Positions 46,592 to 55,935 of a stretch of 64,000 nt of DNA are shown here, piece after piece (the first letter of the stretch is position 1; every line of letters starts with the position of its first letter). Below the pieces are notes generated by a model. It saw only the letters and a program-made list of their open reading frames with translations, did no database searches and was not told the DNA's origin. The DNA lies in contig QZKU01000045.1 in assembly GCA_003598085.1 (NCBI GenBank), positions 15,852 through 79,851 on the forward strand. Direction: 5' to 3'. Both the position numbers and the translations under genes were made by a program. Origin of the DNA: Candidatus Abyssobacteria bacterium SURF_5. Lineage in GTDB: Bacteria > Abyssobacteria > SURF-5.

Positions 46592-47251
46592 CTAGGGGCG
46601 TTCCCTGTAGTGACTGATAAATTGCTCGTAGGCTGGCAGCGCCCGGTTGAGCCCATCCTCAGTCTTCGAGCTAACCGTGAAAATCAAAAAAAAGTCTCCC
46701 TCTTCCCCATATGACACGCGCTCCCAGTTCCCGCTGTTCCCCGGAATGAACGCAAATGATCTCAGATCCTGTCCGTCTCCTGTCGTTTGCGAAGCAACTC
46801 GTGTAATAATGATAGACGGATCCGTCGAAAGAAATTTCTCCTTATCGTTCTCTATCAGCATCTCCATGGATGCGATATCGGGAATTCTCGGTTTGTAAAG
46901 AGCGTTTGCGTATATAACCGCCTCCGCATTAACAAAACTGTAACCGTTCGGGGCCTGTGCATTTACCTTATACGTCAAGCAGGAGTCTCGGTCCTGGTGC
47001 CACCCGTTCACAGCCGGTAATTTCGGCCACCAGAAGAGACACATGCCCTCGTCGCATGGCACAGCCACCTTTTCTATTTCAGCAAACGCCGGCGTTGACA
47101 GAACCAATAAGGCAAGAACTAAACTGGTAAGCGTTCTCATCTTTTTCCCCTTTGCGATCTGGATAATTGACTGCACCTGCACATCATACCGCCTCCCGGC
47201 ACGAAAAGAGCAAAGAATATGCCATTTGCACGTCTGCTCACCGCTTAACAT
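46592..47251 (-). CDS. Hypothetical secreted protein (219 aa)
   Basis: Signal peptide MRTLTSLVLALLVLSTPAFA. No family recognised. Confidence 0.4.
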   Translation of the reverse strand: MLSGEQTCKWHILCSFRAGRRYDVQVQSIIQIAKGKKMRTLTSLVLALLVLSTPAFAEIEKVAVPCDEGMCLFWWPKLPAVNGWHQDRDSCLTYKVNAQAPNGYSFVNAEAVIYANALYKPRIPDIASMEMLIENDKEKFLSTDPSIIITRVASQTTGDGQDLRSFAFIPGNSGNWERVSYGEEGDFFLIFTVSSKTEDGLNRALPAYEQFISHYRERP

Positions 47252-47399
47252 CTATTTGTCCCAGTTCGCCTCCCCCAACGCCGGGGGATGAAATCTCCAG
47301 AAATTACTTGTACACGACCCTGTTTTCCAGTATAATATGTATAGTTATCCTCTTGTAGGCACCGGATTCCCACACTGAGTTCCCGATTAGGAACCTTCC

Positions 47400-48932
47400 A
47401 TGCATGTTTTTCTCGCGTATATCCGCGACGACAATTTTTATCACCTGCTCCCTGAAAAAATCAGGCGCCGCACGCCGGATAATGGTCGCGTTAAAGTCAT
47501 GGCTTTCCCGCCGCTTGGAATACAAACGCTTGCTCCCGTTTTGCGGAGGCATGGACACCGTGTCCAGATGTTCGATTCCTGCCACCCGCAGATGAAAGCG
47601 GCTGATATCGCGCAGGCGGCCAGAAAAAATCGGCCGGACCTGATTGCACTATCCAGTCTCTCTACCACCACGTATCCGGCTGTCAAGGCGACGGCGAATC
47701 GACTAAAGATCGAAGCACCCGACATTCCCATTATCCTCGGCGGTGTCTTCCCATCAATGAATCCTGTCCACATATTACGGGATTGCCCGGATATCGATTG
47801 CATCGGAGTAGGCGAGGGGGAGGAGCTTCTGCCGGAATATTTGGACCATCTTGCTGACCCCGGCGCGGTCGCCGGCCTCGTATGGCGAAAGAACGGGGAC
47901 ATTATCCAAAATGATCGCCGCCCGCTTATACAGGATCTGGACCGTTTCCCGTATCCGGACCGCTCGAGTCTGCCCATCGATTATGTCGAATCCTTGCCAA
48001 TGGATGTGCCTGCAGTCCTTTCACTCGACAGGTTCTGCACGATGCAAACCTCGCGCGGCTGCCCCTACAACTGCAGCTACTGTAATATCTCCGTCCTCTT
48101 CGGCGGAAAATGGCGCCACCGGTCAGCGGAACACGTGCTGGGAGAAATGCAGGAACTCAGTGATCAGGGCTATCGTTCCATCTACTTTACCGATGACCAT
48201 TTCCTCCTGAACCGCAAACGAATCAATGCGATCTGCACCGGCATCATCAATCGCAACCTCAAGTTTCATTGGGGTTGCGAAGGGCGCGTCGATTCCGTCG
48301 CGATCGATCAATTCCCCATCATGAAGAAAGCCGGCTGCTTCGCGCTCAGCTTCGGAATCGAGTCCGGCACGCAGAAGGTGCTTGATCTACTCAATAAGAA
48401 GCAGTCTCTCGATGAGATAGAGCATGCAGTCAAGCAGGCGAAACGCAGTGGCATCTCGAGAATCCACGGCTTTTTCCTGATTGGTTCGCCCAACGAGACC
48501 GAGCCGGACGTAATGGCAAGTTTCCGCTTCGCGGCTAAGCTGCAGATCGACACCTTCAATTTTAATCGTCTATGCGTCTATCGGGGGACACCCCTATGGA
48601 AAGAATACGTCGGGCGTGGAATTATCGATGACGATGCGGATTGGTCCAAGTGGTTCAAGTGTTCCGATATTGACCCCACTGTTCTCCCGAGCGAGGCGCT
48701 CAACAGTATGCGCATGAAAGGCTACTTATACCTCTTCGTTCGCCGTATATTTTGCCGGCCGATCCAGACAATGAAACTGGTGCGCGCCTTCAGTCGAAAT
48801 ATGGAATGGTCCGATATCTTCCGCTTGCTCGCCAGCCCTTTCAAAAAGAGAACCATGTTTCATAAGCCCGACCTCCCGGAAAAAATGATTGCGCTCGGAA
48901 TTGACCAGCCGATACGAGAACATCTGAATTGA
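47400..48932 (+). CDS. B12-binding domain radical SAM protein
   Basis: N-terminal cobalamin-binding-like region. Radical SAM motif CPYNCSYCN. The true start may be internal (MAFPPLGIQ...). Confidence 0.75.
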   Translation: MHVFLAYIRDDNFYHLLPEKIRRRTPDNGRVKVMAFPPLGIQTLAPVLRRHGHRVQMFDSCHPQMKAADIAQAARKNRPDLIALSSLSTTTYPAVKATANRLKIEAPDIPIILGGVFPSMNPVHILRDCPDIDCIGVGEGEELLPEYLDHLADPGAVAGLVWRKNGDIIQNDRRPLIQDLDRFPYPDRSSLPIDYVESLPMDVPAVLSLDRFCTMQTSRGCPYNCSYCNISVLFGGKWRHRSAEHVLGEMQELSDQGYRSIYFTDDHFLLNRKRINAICTGIINRNLKFHWGCEGRVDSVAIDQFPIMKKAGCFALSFGIESGTQKVLDLLNKKQSLDEIEHAVKQAKRSGISRIHGFFLIGSPNETEPDVMASFRFAAKLQIDTFNFNRLCVYRGTPLWKEYVGRGIIDDDADWSKWFKCSDIDPTVLPSEALNSMRMKGYLYLFVRRIFCRPIQTMKLVRAFSRNMEWSDIFRLLASPFKKRTMFHKPDLPEKMIALGIDQPIREHLN

Positions 48933-49042
48933 GAGAAGTCTCTCATTCCGCCGGTCGCCTGACGTGTTGCGCCTCAGCCGCACCGCATTTCCCTCCGGCA
49001 GGTATGCTATAATAGCTTGACAGCGAGTGGTCGCTGATATCG

Positions 49043-51199
49043 ATGCTTTTCCCTTTGTTTATGAAGGCGCGGAAGTACCAATCTAAAAACCATTTCAAAC
49101 AGGCGCTACCCTTCATCATCCTGGCGGTCCTCGTCATTACCGCTTACGCCGGAATGCTGAGGGCCGGGTTTGTCTATGATGATCACACACAGCTTGAAGA
49201 AAACGTCGCACTTCGCAACCTGAAGAATATCCCCACCTTCTTCACCGATCCAGCCCGAACCTCGGGCTCAATGATTTTCGAGGAGATTTATCGCCCCCTG
49301 CGAGCGACTGTCTTCGCAATCGGATATCAGGTGTGGGGACTGAATCCCGCCGGGTTTCATGCCGTAAACATCTTTCTCCATTTACTGAACACGTTGCTGA
49401 TCTTAGTACTTCTGCGGAGACTGATTCAATCGGAATCGGCTGCGTTCGCGGCCGCGCTGCTCTTTGCGGCGCATCCGGCGCTCACCGAAAATGTGTGCTG
49501 GGTGTGCAGCAGCTCCGACCTGCTGTGCATGTTGTTCTTCCTGATCGGCCTCGTCGCTTTCTTTCGATTTCGTGAAGAAGCGGGAACAAAGCGAAAGGTG
49601 TTTTACGCGCTCGCCCTGGTCGGCCTGCTACTTGCTCTTCTCGCCAAGGAGATGGGGGTGACCTTCGCGGCCGCCGTAGTCGTGATCGATCTGTGGCGCG
49701 AGGGGTGGCGTAAGCAGACTTTGCGCCGCTGGATCGAGTACGCTCCCCTGTGGCTGATTACGCTTTGTTACCTCGTATTCCGCGCTACCGTCATGAGTCA
49801 ATTCGCCCAAAGAGAAGCCTGGGGCGCAACACCATGGGCGACCGCAGGCATTATGGCGCGCGGAATAAAATACTACATCCGGCTGCTCCTGTATCCATTT
49901 GATCTCACCATCATTCCCGGGGTCAGAATCGACATCCCACTGACAAGTGTCGAGACGCTTTTCTCAATCGCGCTCGTCGCAGGCCTCCTGGTCTTCGCCA
50001 TTTCCTTTCGGCGCCGATTCCCCGTCGCCACGCTCGGCATTATCCTCTTCTTCGTCCTGCTGCTGCCGGTCTCGAACATCATCCCGATCAAGGCGGTCGT
50101 CGGCGACAGGTTCATTTACATTCCCGCCCTCGGCTTTGTCATAGTAGCTGGCGCTTTTTTTGGAAGACTGGAATCCATCTGCGGCGGATCGAGGGGACGC
50201 GCGGCCCTGGCGGCTGCGGGTTTGATCATTGTAGTATTCCTTCTCTCCCTCAACACGATCGTGAGGACTGTCGATTGGCGCGATGATTTCTCCTTGTATA
50301 AAGCCGCAGTTGATGTCAATCCGCGGCATCCGCGTCCCAGAGAAATGCTTGCCAAGGCGTACTTCATGCAAGGAGATTTTGAGGCGGCGCGAGAGAACAG
50401 CTTGGAAGCGCTCCGGGCGAATCCTTATACCGTTGATGCCCATACTCTGCTCGGAACTGTTTACCTCCAGCAGGGACTGCTGCGGCCGGCGGAACAGGAA
50501 TTCAAGATCGCGCTCGAGCTGGAACCCGCCGCCGGCGACGCCAGGACAAACCTTGGAATCGTTTATAAGGAGCAGGGCAGACTTGACGAGGCGCTGGCGC
50601 AATTCGAGCTCGCGCGCCGGCACAGCCCAATGGTTTCCGAGATACTCAATAACATCGGCAGTGTTCTGCTGACGAAAAAAGATACCGCCGCCGCTACGGA
50701 ATATCTCTACAAGGCCCTTGAGGTAAAACCGGATAACTGGGAAGCCGCCTGCAACCTCACCTTTGCCCTCATCTCATTGCAAAAATATGCCGATGCCGTT
50801 CAGGTGGCCCGTGCATCGCTCGCCTATTACCCGGACGAACCCGAACTGCTGGCGCTTCTCGGACGGGCCTACTCCGCCCAAGGCGACCTTCAACGCGCCG
50901 CCCAAGCGTTTGCCCTCGCTCTCAGCAGAAATCCGGCCGATGCCCAAACCGCGCTATTCCTCGCAGAACTGTACATGAAGTCGAAGCACTATGATCGCGC
51001 CGCCGATATCTATTGCCGCATGTCGGACCGATTTCCCACAGATGTCCGATTTCATGTCCTCTCGGCTTCAGCCCTGGAACGAGCCGGACGCCTCGAAGCG
51101 GCCCTCGAGCGGTTGGAAAAGGCCGCCGCCCTCGCTCCCGGCGACCAGGCCCTTCAGCAAAAACTCGCTGCATTGAGACAGCAAGCCCGACACCAATAA
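49043..51199 (+). CDS. TPR-repeat protein with an N-terminal polytopic membrane domain (PMT_2/ArnT-like glycosyltransferase-fold candidate)
   Basis: ~10 transmembrane helices in the first ~400 aa. Followed by at least 7 TPR repeats (AKAYFMQGDFEAARE..., LGTVYLQQGLLRPAEQ..., etc.). Confidence 0.65.
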   Translation: MLFPLFMKARKYQSKNHFKQALPFIILAVLVITAYAGMLRAGFVYDDHTQLEENVALRNLKNIPTFFTDPARTSGSMIFEEIYRPLRATVFAIGYQVWGLNPAGFHAVNIFLHLLNTLLILVLLRRLIQSESAAFAAALLFAAHPALTENVCWVCSSSDLLCMLFFLIGLVAFFRFREEAGTKRKVFYALALVGLLLALLAKEMGVTFAAAVVVIDLWREGWRKQTLRRWIEYAPLWLITLCYLVFRATVMSQFAQREAWGATPWATAGIMARGIKYYIRLLLYPFDLTIIPGVRIDIPLTSVETLFSIALVAGLLVFAISFRRRFPVATLGIILFFVLLLPVSNIIPIKAVVGDRFIYIPALGFVIVAGAFFGRLESICGGSRGRAALAAAGLIIVVFLLSLNTIVRTVDWRDDFSLYKAAVDVNPRHPRPREMLAKAYFMQGDFEAARENSLEALRANPYTVDAHTLLGTVYLQQGLLRPAEQEFKIALELEPAAGDARTNLGIVYKEQGRLDEALAQFELARRHSPMVSEILNNIGSVLLTKKDTAAATEYLYKALEVKPDNWEAACNLTFALISLQKYADAVQVARASLAYYPDEPELLALLGRAYSAQGDLQRAAQAFALALSRNPADAQTALFLAELYMKSKHYDRAADIYCRMSDRFPTDVRFHVLSASALERAGRLEAALERLEKAAALAPGDQALQQKLAALRQQARHQ

Positions 51200-51324
51200 T
51201 TATTGTCAATTTCTCCGACGATGGCGATGGGGACTGTCCCAGAATTACGGGCCGTGTCTTTTAGGCCGTAGATTCGGGGCTGTCCCCATCGCAACGAAGC
51301 GCGCAAACCAACCGCTGGAAAATC

Positions 51325-52734
51325 TCACTGTCCTGCTTTTTGGACCGTAATCTCTCCGATCATGCCGTTGGCTTCGTGTGGAATGCAGAAATAGCGGTAG
51401 GCGCCGGGTACGGTGAACGTGTAGGAGAATGATTCCTTCGGTCGAATGTTGCCGGAATTGAATGGCCGGGCGCCCTCGGGCAGTTGCACGTGAGACTTGT
51501 CAATGGCCAGAGACGCGTCGGCCGTGACTGTATGCGTCAAGCGCGACCTGTTCACCCACTGAATCGTCTGGCCCGACTGTATTGTCACGGGCGAAGGCGC
51601 GTACCGTAATCGGTCATCCATTTCAACAACGACCGCCGGCTTGCCCGCAGCGCTCTGTAACGACATTCCGCCGTCCCGCATCAGCGAGACCGAACGAACC
51701 GGCAGGCGCTGCGCATCAAGCTCCAGGGTGTCGAACATCACGTGCCAGAATGACAGTTCTTCGCCATCGGGAAGCAAGAAACCCGTTTGAACCGGCTTTT
51801 CCTCAAATTTGCCGTCGCGAATGACCACCGGCGGCGCCAGCACGCGCATGTGAAGGCGCGTCGGGGTCACCTCGTCGTCAAAAGCCAGACGTCCATCGGC
51901 GGTGCGTACATGTTCAGTCAGCATTCCGTGTACGAGAATCCCGCTGTCGGTTACCTCGCCGTTCTTCAGCGTCTCGCCGATTCCCCAAAACGCAAGATAT
52001 GCGAACTCAGTCGGCATCAGAGGCGTTCCAATGCCGCTCGATCCGTTCACAATATGATTCGTTACCACGCCGCCGAATACCGGATACTCCACGCCGTGCG
52101 GCAATACGTTGCTCGTTCGGATCGTATACGTATTCCCGGCGCTGTCCTTTAAATTCGCCTCAAACCGAACAAAATCCTGTGTTGCAGCGGCGTCGGTGGC
52201 CGTTACATCCATTGCTTCAACTGTAAGCGTCCCCTCCGGCAACACCAGATATTTGTCGCCGAACGGCGAAAGCGCCCCCAATTTTGTGTACTCTTCCCCC
52301 CTCCCCAAAAATTTTCCCTCGGTTTCACGCATCTGGAAAGGAACGCCGGTAATAATCGGAGTGCCCGCAAACGCGCGAGGAAAATGCCTCGTCCCAAATA
52401 CCTGCGGGTCAAGTCTCCTATAGTCCGGCAGCGCCAAAAGAACATCGCCGCCGTTCTGGTTCACACTTACCTGGATGGGCCCCCCAAGAAGAGCAAACGG
52501 CTGTCCAAGCCCGCCGTGGGACTCGAGATAACCGAGATACGGCGCCATCGATACCAGTTCCTCTTGCAGCAATTCCTTCTCTTCGACCGCACCGCACGGA
52601 CCAACCGCGCGCTCAGACACTGGACAGGGCCGATCTGCCGGACACACCGCCGGCGACCGCGGCGCCGTCTGACACCCTAACCCGATAAACACCAAAATCA
52701 TTAAACTACCTACTACACACGCTGCCGGCCTCAT
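51325..52734 (-). CDS. Lipoprotein with a C-terminal cupredoxin (plastocyanin/azurin-like type-1 copper) domain
   Basis: Lipobox LGC. C-terminal copper ligands HTVT...YFCIPH...NGM (His, Cys, His, Met). Start at the internal ATG (52732..52734), preceded by GGAGG. The ORF track extends to 52878. Confidence 0.6.
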   Translation of the reverse strand: MRPAACVVGSLMILVFIGLGCQTAPRSPAVCPADRPCPVSERAVGPCGAVEEKELLQEELVSMAPYLGYLESHGGLGQPFALLGGPIQVSVNQNGGDVLLALPDYRRLDPQVFGTRHFPRAFAGTPIITGVPFQMRETEGKFLGRGEEYTKLGALSPFGDKYLVLPEGTLTVEAMDVTATDAAATQDFVRFEANLKDSAGNTYTIRTSNVLPHGVEYPVFGGVVTNHIVNGSSGIGTPLMPTEFAYLAFWGIGETLKNGEVTDSGILVHGMLTEHVRTADGRLAFDDEVTPTRLHMRVLAPPVVIRDGKFEEKPVQTGFLLPDGEELSFWHVMFDTLELDAQRLPVRSVSLMRDGGMSLQSAAGKPAVVVEMDDRLRYAPSPVTIQSGQTIQWVNRSRLTHTVTADASLAIDKSHVQLPEGARPFNSGNIRPKESFSYTFTVPGAYRYFCIPHEANGMIGEITVQKAGQ

Positions 52735-52950
52735 GGGATACCTCCACCCTTGAACGCAAAAGATCAGGTTTTTCTTAATGGTAACATTCAGGCGAAAGAG
52801 ACGCAATTGCCGGAGATAGGGAAGAGGTGGAAGAAAAGAATCGACCGATATCGCACGATAGCGATCGGGCGACGGCAAAAGGAATGAACTGTTGTCCTCC
52901 TGGAAAAGGAAACAGCCTCACAAAACCGAACGTTTCGTGAGGCTCCGGTC

Positions 52951-53023
52951 GGGGCGACTGGATTTGAACCAGCGACCTCATGGTCCCGAACCATGCGCGC
53001 TGCCATCTGCGCTACGCCCCGTA
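52951..53023 (-). tRNA. tRNA-Pro(CGG)
   Basis: Reverse complement CGGGGCGUAGCGCAGAUGGCAGCGCGCAUGGUUCGGGACCAUGAGGUCGCUGGUUCAAAUCCAGUCGCCCCGA. Anticodon loop UUCGGGA (anticodon CGG). 7-bp acceptor stem. Confidence 0.85.
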
Positions 53024-53134
53024 ATTGTCACTTTCCGCCGCGTGTGCTATTATAACAATTAACACGTTGGTTCGTCAATTTGCCGAACCTGCGTTCGCCG
53101 GGATTCACCCGGAATTTCACTGCGGAAGAGGCCA

Positions 53135-53830
53135 ATGAAAACCTGCGCCGTCATCCCCTGTTATAACGTGGGCAATCTGTGCGTCCCCGTAATCGAGCAG
53201 ACTGAACAGTTTGTTGATGCGGTTATTGTGGTCGATGACGGGTCGACGGACGACACCTTTGACCACCTGGCCACAACCCGCGCTGTAACACTGAAACATG
53301 AACAGAACGCCGGCAAAGGAGCCGCCTTATTGACCGCTTTCAGATACCTCCTGGACAACGCTGAATGTGCTGATCTCGATCTGATTGTTACTATTGACGG
53401 CGACGGTCAACACGATCCAAAGGAAATCGAACGTCTTCTGCAAAAATGCGCCGGCAATCCTAATTGTGTCGTCGTCGGAACCCGCGAAGTCAACCGCCGC
53501 GACATCATGCTTCGTCGCCGGCTCGGAAATGTGCTCAGCCGCTACTTCATTTCGAAAGCCTGCGGCCAGAACATCCCCGATTCGCAATCCGGCTTCAGGG
53601 TCTTCTCCCGGTACGTGCTCGAACGGATCATGCCAAAACTCACACCCGGCAGGTACGAGATGGAAACCGCCTTCTTGATCCATGCGGCAAGAGCCGGTTT
53701 TGAAATCGTCCCGGTTGATATCAGCACCATTTATACCCAGGATTCTAATCGCGTATCTTCGTTCGATCCCTACCTCGATACATATCTGGTCTTCAAAGTC
53801 ATAGCAAAAAGCATTCTGTTCAGGAGATAA
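53135..53830 (+). CDS. Family 2 glycosyltransferase
   Basis: AVIPCYNVGNL...VVVDDGSTDDT. GT-A DxD signature. Confidence 0.75.
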   Translation: MKTCAVIPCYNVGNLCVPVIEQTEQFVDAVIVVDDGSTDDTFDHLATTRAVTLKHEQNAGKGAALLTAFRYLLDNAECADLDLIVTIDGDGQHDPKEIERLLQKCAGNPNCVVVGTREVNRRDIMLRRRLGNVLSRYFISKACGQNIPDSQSGFRVFSRYVLERIMPKLTPGRYEMETAFLIHAARAGFEIVPVDISTIYTQDSNRVSSFDPYLDTYLVFKVIAKSILFRR

Positions 53831-53857
53831 CCCGCAACCGCTCAGGCTTTCCATATT

Positions 53858-54985
53858 ATGAAAACACACAAACCGAAACTCTCCCCCAAACGTATCCTGA
53901 TTATCAGGCTGAGTTCAATCGGAGATGTCGCTCGAACACTGCCCGCCCTGACATCGCTCCGACGCGAATTTCCGCACGCGCATATCGCCTGGGCTGTAGA
54001 AGACAAATCGAGCGGCCTCTTGGAAGGACACCCTCACCTCGACGAAGTCATCACGTTCGAAAGAATCAAGATCGAGCGCCTCCTCAAAAGTCCACTTGCA
54101 TTCCCGCGGGCGCTCTTCGAACTCGGCAAGTTCGTCTCGCGTATTTACAACCGCGATTTCGACCTCGTTTTTGATTTCCACGGCATCCTGAAAAGCGGCC
54201 TCATCGCCGCCTGCTCGCGGGCGCCGGTGCGCGTCGGCTTTTCACGCAGTTTTGTGAAGGAATTCAGTTACCTGTTCACCAACAGAAAAGTCTCTCCCTC
54301 AGACTTTTTTTTGCCGCGAGTGGATAGAAACCTGCAACTGATCAAGCCCTTCATTAATGGCAACAACCCGGCGGATAAGCCGCTGCTGGGACTGACTACT
54401 CGACATTGCGAGAAGGCACGGGCTTTTGCAAATGAAAAATTCAAGAATCATCATGCGCTTGTGGCGGTGCATCCCGGCACGAGCCGCCTGCTGAAGCACT
54501 GGTTTCCGCGCCGATTCGCAGAGGTCTGCGACATGTTGGCCGAATCTCTCCATGCAAATGTTCTGCTGACATGGGGGCCGGGAGAGCGAGAACTGGTCGA
54601 AGAAATTCGCGCCCTCACGCGAAGTGCTCCCGAGATAGCCCCACAAACTCAAAGTCTGCTCGAGCTGGCCGCCCTCCTCCAAATGTGCTCCCTCATGATA
54701 ACCGTCGATTGCGGCCCCATGCATATCGCCTCGCTTCTGGGCGTGCCGGTAGTAGCTCTCTTTGGCCCGACCGACACCCGCATCAACGGGCCTTATTGGC
54801 ATCCGTACCATATTATCACCGGCAACATCTCATGCCGTCCTTGCGACGAAAATTGCGAAAGCGCAAAATGTATGGAGGCGATTGCGCCGGGAGAAGTGTT
54901 CCGAGCGGCGGTGGATTTGCTGGCTAAGACCGCCGATGCGGCCGAATGCCCAGAAGGCGGAAAACTCGCGTATCCCTCTCCTTAA
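53858..54985 (+). CDS. ADP-heptose:LPS heptosyltransferase-like (GT9 family)
   Basis: N-terminal KRILIIRLSSIGDV motif of GT9. C-terminal GPMHIASLLGVPVVALFGPT. Confidence 0.75.
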   Translation: MKTHKPKLSPKRILIIRLSSIGDVARTLPALTSLRREFPHAHIAWAVEDKSSGLLEGHPHLDEVITFERIKIERLLKSPLAFPRALFELGKFVSRIYNRDFDLVFDFHGILKSGLIAACSRAPVRVGFSRSFVKEFSYLFTNRKVSPSDFFLPRVDRNLQLIKPFINGNNPADKPLLGLTTRHCEKARAFANEKFKNHHALVAVHPGTSRLLKHWFPRRFAEVCDMLAESLHANVLLTWGPGERELVEEIRALTRSAPEIAPQTQSLLELAALLQMCSLMITVDCGPMHIASLLGVPVVALFGPTDTRINGPYWHPYHIITGNISCRPCDENCESAKCMEAIAPGEVFRAAVDLLAKTADAAECPEGGKLAYPSP

Positions 54986-55098
54986 GAAAAGAATATTAGC
55001 CGCATCTCGCCTTAAAGTCCTGGAACGAGAACGCATCTGACACTCCCGCGGCGCACCACGCTCGCGATTCTCGCTCCCGGCTTGCTAAAGGATTCTCT

Positions 55099-55854
55099 AT
55101 GCCTCGATGGCTGCGTCTGACTTTGGGAAGCATCTGCATCCTCCTCGGAATCGTCGGTTCATTCCTGCCGATCCTGCAGGGATGGCTCTTCTTCCTGCTT
55201 GGCATCTTTCTTCTCTCCCGCGACGTCCCCCTGTTTGCCCGGATCGCGCATTGGCTGAGAGCACGCTTTCCCAGAACATCCAGACTAGCCGATCGTTTGC
55301 ATATCAGACTTCATCGGAAAGGGGTCCGGCATGTAATTAAAGAAGAAGTCGCGAATATGACGAACCGCCAGTTAAAAACCTATTTGAGCAGGCGGAAACA
55401 GATCGGCGGCCTCATCGGATGGCTGTTGCTTTGTTTCGCCGTTGCATGGATCGGGTCGCTCGCGGAGCCGGGACAGTGGTATGCAGAGTTGCGGAAACCC
55501 AAATTCAACCCGCCTGACTGGGTGTTCCCCGTCGTCTGGACTATTCTCTACGCGCTGATGGCAATTGCCGCATGGCTGGTCTGGAGGAGGACCGGCTTCC
55601 GCGGCAAGAGAATTCCGCTGGTCCTGTTTTTCACTCAACTTGCGCTCAACGGCCTGTGGCCGTGGCTGTTCTTTGGATTCCAGGCGACGGGCTGGGCGCT
55701 CCTCGAAATCGTGATCCTTTGGGCCTTCCTTCTGCTTACACTGGTGTCATTCTGGATAGAAAACCCGACCGCAGGCGTGCTCCTCTCTCCCTATCTCGCC
55801 TGGGTCTCCTATGCCGCCCTCCTCAACTTCGTTTTGTGGCGCATTAATGCATAA
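55099..55854 (+). CDS. Fusion of a DUF454 (YbaN/PGPGW) membrane domain with a TspO/MBR tryptophan-rich sensory protein domain
   Basis: N-terminus LGIVGSFLPILQGWLFFLLGIFLLSRD (YbaN-like). C-terminal part PDWVFPVVWTILYALMAIAAWLVWRR...ALNGLWPWLFFG (TspO signature). Confidence 0.65.
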   Translation: MPRWLRLTLGSICILLGIVGSFLPILQGWLFFLLGIFLLSRDVPLFARIAHWLRARFPRTSRLADRLHIRLHRKGVRHVIKEEVANMTNRQLKTYLSRRKQIGGLIGWLLLCFAVAWIGSLAEPGQWYAELRKPKFNPPDWVFPVVWTILYALMAIAAWLVWRRTGFRGKRIPLVLFFTQLALNGLWPWLFFGFQATGWALLEIVILWAFLLLTLVSFWIENPTAGVLLSPYLAWVSYAALLNFVLWRINA

Positions 55855-55935
55855 AAATTTTACGTCTATCACTCACCCCCAGCGCCAAATCGTCCCTCGG
55901 CTCTCATAAAGGATTCGCTTCGCATGCGAAAAATA

